The notes beneath the pieces were generated by a model. That model was given only the letters and a program-made list of their open reading frames with translations, did not search any database and was not told where the DNA came from. Shown here piece after piece: positions 45,916 to 52,290 of a DNA stretch of 52,290 bases; position 1 is the stretch's first letter; every line of letters starts with the position of its first letter. The position numbers were made by a program, and so were the translations under genes. The DNA comes from a virus (Duplodnaviria > Caudoviricetes), in the IMG/VR virus record IMGVR_UViG_3300024259_000046, positions 1-52,290 of that record. One strand, 5' to 3'.

Positions 45916-46104
45916 AATGACAGGAGACGCGAGTCCCCCGGGTAATATTGGTTTGATCACCTTTATTAGTTACCGGACAAAATCTCGTTGCCTCCCAGAG
46001 CGGAGTAGTTTGCAGGGTGGGTAGTGCCCATTCGAAAACACCTGTCATGGGGGAGTACACTACTCCCCCAAAATTATTTATAATCTTAACAGGAGAACAA
46101 GGCG

Positions 46105-46506
46105 ATGGAACCGGTAACAATATCAGCGCAAAACTTAGCAAAGTTTCAAGGTTTGGAAGATCGGATTGACGCGGCGGTTGAAACAATGAACCAAGCTGTA
46201 TCAACTCTCATTGACATCCGTGCGAAAGTCTACGCAGAATCCCGTGAGCATTTCGAAAACGTTCTTAAAGAACATGGTGTACCGGAAGCGGACTTCACCT
46301 TGGAATGGAGCGTGGACAAAGACACGGGTATTCTGTCTATTGTAGAGCAGGAACCGGAAGCACCGGAAGAACAAAAATGGGTAGACCCAAAAGATTACCC
46401 AACGGAGCACGGTGAAAATCCGGAAGTTGAGTCGCTTATAAACGATACACGGAAAACGGAACTGTTGGACAACGACGAGCCGCCAGAAGAACCCGTAGCG
46501 GCTTAG
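46105..46506 (+). CDS. Acidic hypothetical protein
   Basis: AGGAGAACAAGGCGATG leader. Confidence 0.75.
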   Translation: MEPVTISAQNLAKFQGLEDRIDAAVETMNQAVSTLIDIRAKVYAESREHFENVLKEHGVPEADFTLEWSVDKDTGILSIVEQEPEAPEEQKWVDPKDYPTEHGENPEVESLINDTRKTELLDNDEPPEEPVAA

Positions 46507-46514
46507 GAGACAGG

Positions 46515-47903
46515 ATGTCAAGGCGAACGATGGCAGACATGCACAAATACCAGTGGACTATGATCGACTGGGTACTGAACAACCCCAAGTGCGCTCTATG
46601 GGCGGGCGTGGGGCTAGGCAAGACTGTTGTCGCACTCTCCGCAATCAACACCCTGTTGTTGCGTAAGACCATCAACAAAGTTCTAATCGTTGCACCTTTG
46701 AGGGTCGCCACTAACGTGTGGCCCTCAGAGATCAACGCTTGGGAGCATCTTAAGCACTTACGTTCCGCTCTTATTCGTGGGACGCCAGCGCAACGCAAAG
46801 AACAACTCAACTCCAGTGCAGAAATTCATCTTATTAACAAAGAACTTCTACCGTGGTTGATCGACGAATGTTCTGATCGGAACGAATGGCCTTATGACCT
46901 TACCGTTCTCGATGACTCGTCTGCGCGCAATTCCAAAACAAAACGTTTCAAATCTCTTCGTATGGTCAGGCCGCACATGCCCCGTCTTGTCGAGTTGAAC
47001 GCCACACCCGCACCCAATGGACTGCTTAACTTGTGGGGACCGATGTTCCTTATCGACGGTGGAGAACGACTGGGCCGGACAATGACTTCTTATAAGAGAG
47101 CATATTTCGATGCCGATTATATGGGGTTCAATTTCACCTTAAAGCCGGGAGCGAGTGATGACATTTACACAGCGGTGCAGGACAGGTGCTTATCCCTTAC
47201 TAGTAACGATCATTTGGATTTACCCCCTTGCAACCATAACATTATTCCTCTGGTAATGGAGCCCGGTGTAAAAGAACAATACAAAGAACTCGAACGAGAA
47301 TTTGTATTAGAACTTGAAACTGGGTTAATCACTGCATCACAGGCGGCGGTGTTGAGCAACAAGTTGATCCAATTTTGTAGTGGGGCGGTTTACACCGAGC
47401 CTGATATATGGACTACCGTTCATAACCAAAAGATGGAAGCACTCAAGGAACTGGTTGACGAAATGGCGGGACAGCCATTGCTCATTGCTTATAACTATAG
47501 GCATGAGTTAGATCGTCTCCGTTCCGAGTTCCCCAGTGGCCGTGTCCTAGACACGAAGCAAGACGAAGATGATTGGAACGCGGGCTCTGTCCCACTGATG
47601 TTCGTTCATCCACAATCTTGCGGCCACGGGTTAAATTTGCAATATGGGGGTTGCAATTTGGTTTGGTATAGTTTAACGTGGAACCTTGAACTGTTCGATC
47701 AGTTGATTGGACGGCTCGACAGGCAGGGGCAGACGAAACCTGTATTTGTTCACATGTTTATTTTTGATGACACGATTGAAGCATTAATGGTACGAAGATT
47801 GCAGGATAAGTCAGTGACGCAGGACGAATTATTAACTGCTATGAAAGAGGAACACAAATTTAAACTGAACCCGGAGTTACTGGCAACACAACCTTTCATA
47901 TAG
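46515..47903 (+). CDS. SNF2-family helicase
   Basis: GLGKT, VAPLRVA, ATP, GHGLNLQ, RLDRQGQ. Confidence 0.92.
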   Translation: MSRRTMADMHKYQWTMIDWVLNNPKCALWAGVGLGKTVVALSAINTLLLRKTINKVLIVAPLRVATNVWPSEINAWEHLKHLRSALIRGTPAQRKEQLNSSAEIHLINKELLPWLIDECSDRNEWPYDLTVLDDSSARNSKTKRFKSLRMVRPHMPRLVELNATPAPNGLLNLWGPMFLIDGGERLGRTMTSYKRAYFDADYMGFNFTLKPGASDDIYTAVQDRCLSLTSNDHLDLPPCNHNIIPLVMEPGVKEQYKELEREFVLELETGLITASQAAVLSNKLIQFCSGAVYTEPDIWTTVHNQKMEALKELVDEMAGQPLLIAYNYRHELDRLRSEFPSGRVLDTKQDEDDWNAGSVPLMFVHPQSCGHGLNLQYGGCNLVWYSLTWNLELFDQLIGRLDRQGQTKPVFVHMFIFDDTIEALMVRRLQDKSVTQDELLTAMKEEHKFKLNPELLATQPFI

Positions 47904-47913
47904 GAAAATAAAA

Positions 47914-49164
47914 ATGCCTATCAAACAAGTAATCCATAACAAAGACACAAGCGTACCGGTAAAAATCTGGACTGATGATCTTGACGACAAAACGTTAGCA
48001 CAACTCCAAAATCTCACTACCTTACCTTTTGTCCACAAGCATGTTGCCGTTATGCCAGACGCCCATCTGGGTATCGGGTGTACCATTGGGACTGTCTTGC
48101 CTACTTACAAAGCGATCATCCCGGCGGCGGTGGGAGTTGACATTGGTTGTGGTATGTCCGCAATCAAAACGAACCTCCATGCTAACGATCTGCCGGAGTC
48201 AATGACGGAAATTCGTCAGAAGATTGAACGCGCTGTACCAACCGGTTTCCGCGGTCATACCGAGGATTTGGAACTGGACTTCGAACACAACCTGATGCAG
48301 TTCGCTAACAGACGTTTCGATCCGATGGCGTTGTTCGCATCACAATCTGTTGTCAATTATTTCTTCAAACAAAATGACCCGGAAGAAGTTTTCGAGATTA
48401 AAGCTAAGAACTGGAGAGCACAACTTGGTTCGCTGGGCGGGGGCAATCACTTTATTGAGATTTGTTTAGACGAGAACGATGATGTCTGGGTAATGATCCA
48501 CAGTGGTTCCCGCGGTGTGGGGAATACCATTGGGCGTACGTTCATCCAACGGGCGAAGGAAGATATGATCAAACATCATATCACCAACTTGCCTGATGTT
48601 GACCTGTCGTACCTGTCAGAAGGAACTGACAACTATGACGAGTATATCGAGGCTGTCAGTTGGGCTCAGGAGTACGCAAAATTGAACAGACGGGTGATGC
48701 TAACCCTCATATTCAAAGAACTGGCGCACTTCTTCCCAACGGTTGCTGTCAAGGATGGTGCGTTCGATTGCCATCATAACTATGTCACGATGGAGAATCA
48801 TTATGGAAAAAACGTATGGGTTACGCGTAAAGGCGCAATTCGTGCCCGGGAAAACGACATGGGGGTCATACCCGGTTCAATGGGGGCCCAGTCGTTTATC
48901 GTACGAGGGAAGGGGAATCCGGAGGCGTTTCACTCTTGTTCCCATGGAGCAGGTCGTAAAATGTCTAGACGGGAAGCAATGCGCCTGTTTACTCTGGAAG
49001 ACGTTCGGGATCAAGTAGGTGACGTCAATATGGACCTCAGAAAAGGTTTCATCGACGAAGCCCCGGGCTCGTATAAAGATATTGCCACCGTGATGGAGAA
49101 TCAGGACGATTTGGTATCAATTGTGCATACATTAAAACAGATTGTTAATATCAAGGGGGACTGA
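47914..49164 (+). CDS. rtcB: RtcB RNA 2',3'-cyclic-phosphate/5'-OH ligase
   Basis: MPDAHLG, VGVDIGCG, GGGNHF, HSGSRG, HHN, RKGA, PGSMG, SHGAGR, DEAPGSYK. Confidence 0.96.
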   Translation: MPIKQVIHNKDTSVPVKIWTDDLDDKTLAQLQNLTTLPFVHKHVAVMPDAHLGIGCTIGTVLPTYKAIIPAAVGVDIGCGMSAIKTNLHANDLPESMTEIRQKIERAVPTGFRGHTEDLELDFEHNLMQFANRRFDPMALFASQSVVNYFFKQNDPEEVFEIKAKNWRAQLGSLGGGNHFIEICLDENDDVWVMIHSGSRGVGNTIGRTFIQRAKEDMIKHHITNLPDVDLSYLSEGTDNYDEYIEAVSWAQEYAKLNRRVMLTLIFKELAHFFPTVAVKDGAFDCHHNYVTMENHYGKNVWVTRKGAIRARENDMGVIPGSMGAQSFIVRGKGNPEAFHSCSHGAGRKMSRREAMRLFTLEDVRDQVGDVNMDLRKGFIDEAPGSYKDIATVMENQDDLVSIVHTLKQIVNIKGD

Positions 49165-49436
49165 TGAAAACATTTATATTTACTTTGCTGGGTCTTGCTA
49201 TTGTGGTCCCGGCGTATTTTCTTATTGACATGCAACGCAACCCCGGGCCCACTATGGCCGTGGAGGCCGACGAAGGTTTTAAGTGTAAAGTGCTTTACAA
49301 ATACCCGAAAGTGTGGCAATGTAGACATGAAAACGGATCGAACTTTTTGGTCGATCTGTACCTCACTCACAACGGCGTCGCCGTTATAGGAGAACAAGGC
49401 AATGGAAGACTACAAGAAGTTCCCAAAGATCGCTAG
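49164..49436 (+). CDS. Small membrane-anchored protein
   Basis: N-terminal TM, between the two ligases. Confidence 0.55.
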   Translation: MKTFIFTLLGLAIVVPAYFLIDMQRNPGPTMAVEADEGFKCKVLYKYPKVWQCRHENGSNFLVDLYLTHNGVAVIGEQGNGRLQEVPKDR

Positions 49437-50082
49437 GCTAAACAAGCCTATCGTAATCACTGAAAAACTCGATGGTACAAATGCCCAAGTCGTAATCGGC
49501 GAGGATATGTCCGTTCGTGCGGGTAGCAAGAACCGTTGGCTCACCCCCGGCAAAGAGGACAACTACGGCTTCGCCGCGTGGGTTGAAGAAAACGAAGAGC
49601 AGTTGAAAGAACTCGGACCCGGGAACCACTGGGGGGAATGGTGGGGAGAAGGGATTCAACGGAACTATGGTATGGAACGTAAAGTTTTCAGTCTGTTTAA
49701 CACGGACAAATGGCTTGACGATGTTATGCGTCCAGACTGTTGTGATGTTGTACCGGTGCTGTGGACTTGTGAAGAATTTAGTTCAACTATCATCTGGCGC
49801 GCAATGGAAGATTTGCAGTTACGTGGCAGTGAAGCGGCTCGGAAGTATAGCATCGATTTTGCATCTCCAGAGGGTGTAGTGGTATTCCACACTGCCGCGA
49901 ACTTGTGCTTCAAAGTTCCCTTCGAAGAAACTCACAAGTACGAGAAGAAACAGAAGAACAAAAGTACGCACAAAGGTAACAAAGGCGACCGCAGAGTCAA
50001 GTTTGATGTGCTCGGGATGCCACAAGCGGGAGACCCGGGTAAGGCTCCCATTGATCGAAGAGCAAAAGAACACGTTTATTAA
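49402..50082 (+). CDS. ATP-dependent RNA ligase (Rnl2-like)
   Basis: ITEKLDGTN, GEWWG, PEGVV, FK nucleotidyltransferase motifs. Confidence 0.85.
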   Translation: MEDYKKFPKIARLNKPIVITEKLDGTNAQVVIGEDMSVRAGSKNRWLTPGKEDNYGFAAWVEENEEQLKELGPGNHWGEWWGEGIQRNYGMERKVFSLFNTDKWLDDVMRPDCCDVVPVLWTCEEFSSTIIWRAMEDLQLRGSEAARKYSIDFASPEGVVVFHTAANLCFKVPFEETHKYEKKQKNKSTHKGNKGDRRVKFDVLGMPQAGDPGKAPIDRRAKEHVY

Positions 50083-50330
50083 TCGCCGCTAGATAGCTGA
50101 CCGTAAGTCGTAAGCGCAGGTCTGGGATACGAGGCGGCGAGGGGCTGGCCCTTTGCATAGGAAAAGGGACGTTGTGTGGTTCCGTATAATCAGATTACAC
50201 AAAGCGAAATCCAGCCCACAAAATACCCCAGTCTCCGGGGGCTTGCTAAAAACCGCGGGCGGGCGGGTCGGAGACACTAACCCAAAAGAGGCCAATGTCT
50301 AGCGGGGGTCCACAACAGCCCCCGCGGCCT
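50083..50330 (+). ncRNA. Candidate structured RNA
   Basis: Four consecutive GC-rich stem-closed domains in a 267-nt intergenic gap. Confidence 0.5.
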
Positions 50331-50349
50331 TTAACCTTTAGGAGGAAAC

Positions 50350-50628
50350 ATGAACGAGACAATTGTAGCGGCATACGTTTTATTACATGTAGTATTCTCA
50401 CCCCTTACCCCCGGTATGGACACCAGACTGGTGACCCACAAGGCGAAGATTATCGGGGAATCGTCTAACCTTAAACAGTGCCAAGCTAAAGAGCAAGGTA
50501 TGGTTATGTCTGAAAATTATGACCCGGCCACCAATACGTTCGGCTGTGTTATGATTGTCCACCCCACGCAGGAACAAAACATGCGTGACAAACATCATAA
50601 AGAGGAAGGCTCACACCATGATCATTAG
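50350..50628 (+). CDS. Small secreted protein
   Basis: AGGAGG RBS, hydrophobic N-terminus, two Cys. Confidence 0.65.
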   Translation: MNETIVAAYVLLHVVFSPLTPGMDTRLVTHKAKIIGESSNLKQCQAKEQGMVMSENYDPATNTFGCVMIVHPTQEQNMRDKHHKEEGSHHDH

Positions 50629-50869
50629 AACCAAAAATTCTGTCTACGAAGTCGAGACGACCGAAAACGAGGACGGCAACCAATTCAAGATCACCAAGAC
50701 CGAATCATTCAACCCGTTGTCAGTGTTCAACGAAGTGGGCCAAGTCCGCTACGCTACTCACATGGTGTTAGGCGTGGGACTGGGGGCCGTGTTCAGCGGC
50801 TGTGAGGTTACATCACTGACACCGTTGGGGATGTGGCACACTAGTGTTGTGGAGGCTATTGAGATATGA
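50618..50869 (+). CDS. Hypothetical protein
   Basis: IRTKNSVYE...HTSVVEAI motif. Confidence 0.65.
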   Translation: MIIRTKNSVYEVETTENEDGNQFKITKTESFNPLSVFNEVGQVRYATHMVLGVGLGAVFSGCEVTSLTPLGMWHTSVVEAIEI

Positions 50870-51084
50870 ACATGAGAAAAGTAACAATCAAAGTTGACAT
50901 GGATGTCGTACGCGGGCTCCGGGATCGCATGAAGCTCATGGGTTGGTCAACCTGTGAAACGGCTGAATGCGCGAAGATGGTAATGAGCGACGCTGACGAC
51001 GCCGTCCTTGATATGGTAAAGGAATTCATGGACGATTTTATTCAAGCTGATATTTCACAAGGGGACAAGAAATGCGGATGTTAA
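50866..51084 (+). CDS. Hypothetical protein
   Basis: ATGA-coupled, GGAGG RBS. Confidence 0.6.
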   Translation: MNMRKVTIKVDMDVVRGLRDRMKLMGWSTCETAECAKMVMSDADDAVLDMVKEFMDDFIQADISQGDKKCGC

Positions 51085-51329
51085 ATGATTACACACGCTG
51101 GTTTAAAATCTTCGCAGAGATGTACAAAGAAGATATAATTCTTGACAAAGATTTCCCCATTGGGGGGAAAATATTTGTTACATTCCTAATACCGCTGGTC
51201 ATACTCGGTGTGTTGGCTATCCTGTTCATGTTGATACCCAAAATCACAATAGTAATGTTGTCCACGCTGATTGTATTTGTGTGGTATGTATACTCCGAAC
51301 AGGAGAAAGCGGAGAATAAAGATGAATGA
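51072..51329 (+). CDS. Two-TM membrane protein
   Basis: Long hydrophobic stretch. Confidence 0.6.
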   Translation: MRMLNDYTRWFKIFAEMYKEDIILDKDFPIGGKIFVTFLIPLVILGVLAILFMLIPKITIVMLSTLIVFVWYVYSEQEKAENKDE

Positions 51330-51720
51330 CAAAGAACTTGCTGAAAAAGTTGCTGAGAAGTTGGGGTGGTTATCTACAGGGCAAACAGGGTGGTATGTAC
51401 CAGAAGAAATGCTGGATTGGGATTACCCGGTAGATTGCATTATTCACGGCAGGGCTGTGTTTACATGGTCCACATTCGGCCTGATGGTTGAAGATGCTGA
51501 GAGGAGAGGGTGGAGGCTTAAGATCAACAGAGGATGGATTAGTTTTTACAAGCCAGCGATGTTTAATCAGAATGAAACTGATCCGCTTGAGTGGGATGCC
51601 ACCGTCAAAGCCTGTGCCTTAGCATACGTGGAGATACCAGATAAAACAAAGCCCGATGATGGCCCACGCAATATAGGCCAGTTTCACCGTAATGAAGGGG
51701 ATATACCAGATGTCGATTGA
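51322..51720 (+). CDS. Hypothetical protein
   Basis: GGAG RBS; MNDKELAEKVAEKLGW...ACALAY. Confidence 0.65.
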   Translation: MNDKELAEKVAEKLGWLSTGQTGWYVPEEMLDWDYPVDCIIHGRAVFTWSTFGLMVEDAERRGWRLKINRGWISFYKPAMFNQNETDPLEWDATVKACALAYVEIPDKTKPDDGPRNIGQFHRNEGDIPDVD

Positions 51721-51895
51721 ATTATATGTCTTTCTGTGGGCTTTTAAGCTCATGTTATTCATACCAGACGCCCCGGGGTACACCCCTGTGGCCGTGTTCG
51801 AGACCGCGCAGGAATGTCAGGCCAACAAGTCGGAAGATGTTGACGACCTGTGCGCTCGGCACATTTACTTTATTAATGAGGAGCAAACGAAATGA
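51710..51895 (+). CDS. Small secreted protein
   Basis: Hydrophobic N-terminus, FETAQEC motif. Confidence 0.55.
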   Translation: MSIELYVFLWAFKLMLFIPDAPGYTPVAVFETAQECQANKSEDVDDLCARHIYFINEEQTK

Positions 51896-52290
51896 ATTTA
51901 GAAAAAACTTTATCTCTACACAAGGATTGGTTAAATGACAACACCGGTGGGCGAAGATGCAACCTGCAAGAGGCCTACCTGCAAGAGGCCTACCTGCAAG
52001 AGGCCAACCTGCAGGGGGCCAACCTGCGAGGGGCCAACCTGCGAGGGGCCAACCTGCAAGAGGCCTACCTGCAAGAGGCCTACCTGCAAGAGGCCAACCT
52101 GCAAGAGGCCTACCTGTGGGGGGCCAACCTGCAGGGGGCCAACCTGCAAGAGGCCAACCTGCAGGGGGCCAACCTGCGAGGGGCCAACCTGCAAGAGGCC
52201 AACCTGCGGGGGGCCAACCTGCAAGAGGCCAACATGCGGGGGGCCAACCTGCAAGAGGCCAACCTGCGGGGGGCCAAAAATTACACCCCT
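51892..52290 (+). CDS. Pentapeptide-repeat protein, 3'-truncated by the window
   Basis: MNLEKTLSLHKDWLNDNTGGRRC then about 21 x A(N/Y)L(Q/R)(E/G); 15-bp tandem repeats at 51961-52275; no stop. Confidence 0.92.
   Translation, partial: MNLEKTLSLHKDWLNDNTGGRRCNLQEAYLQEAYLQEANLQGANLRGANLRGANLQEAYLQEAYLQEANLQEAYLWGANLQGANLQEANLQGANLRGANLQEANLRGANLQEANMRGANLQEANLRGAKNYTP

Noticed and set aside
51931-52254. Minus-strand LQVG-repeat ORF, or a CRISPR array
   Set aside because: It is the antisense shadow of the pentapeptide gene; the repeats are contiguous with no spacers
1-52290. Complete circular genome or prophage
   Set aside because: The ends interrupt two different genes and do not overlap; no integrase, repressor or host genes are seen

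Overview
A 52.3-kb slice of a tailed dsDNA phage genome. It has podovirus-type, T7/BPP-1-like head and tail genes and an APSE-like replication set (PolA, DUF2800, DUF2815, VRR-NUC, SNF2 helicase, primase-helicase). No RNA polymerase or integrase is visible, and both ends cut genes. Layout: primase-helicase and a putative origin (1-2550); an AT-rich leftward gene cluster (2998-5650); a 1.1-kb control region dense in sigma54 (-24/-12) boxes and enhancer-like palindromes; an HNH/GIY-YIG nuclease; a 3-kb array of 25 CCA-ending tRNAs covering all 20 amino acids plus several tRNA-like RNAs; packaging, head and tail genes; lysis genes; replication genes; a PRS-like + NAMPT-like pair (NARP1-type NAD+ reconstitution); RtcB and a second, ATP-dependent RNA ligase; and a pentapeptide-repeat gene. 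The most unusual signals are (i) a circularly permuted, YrlA-like tRNA at 8729-8802, (ii) an initiator-like tRNA with a GAU anticodon together with an AUU-start membrane ORF coupled to the endolysin, (iii) head-to-head sigma54 box pairs plus a multi-enhancer leftward promoter, and (iv) an apparent translation-rescue kit (complete tRNA set, two RNA ligases, ArfA-like peptide). All calls come from reading the sequence and motifs by eye. No database search or folding program was run.
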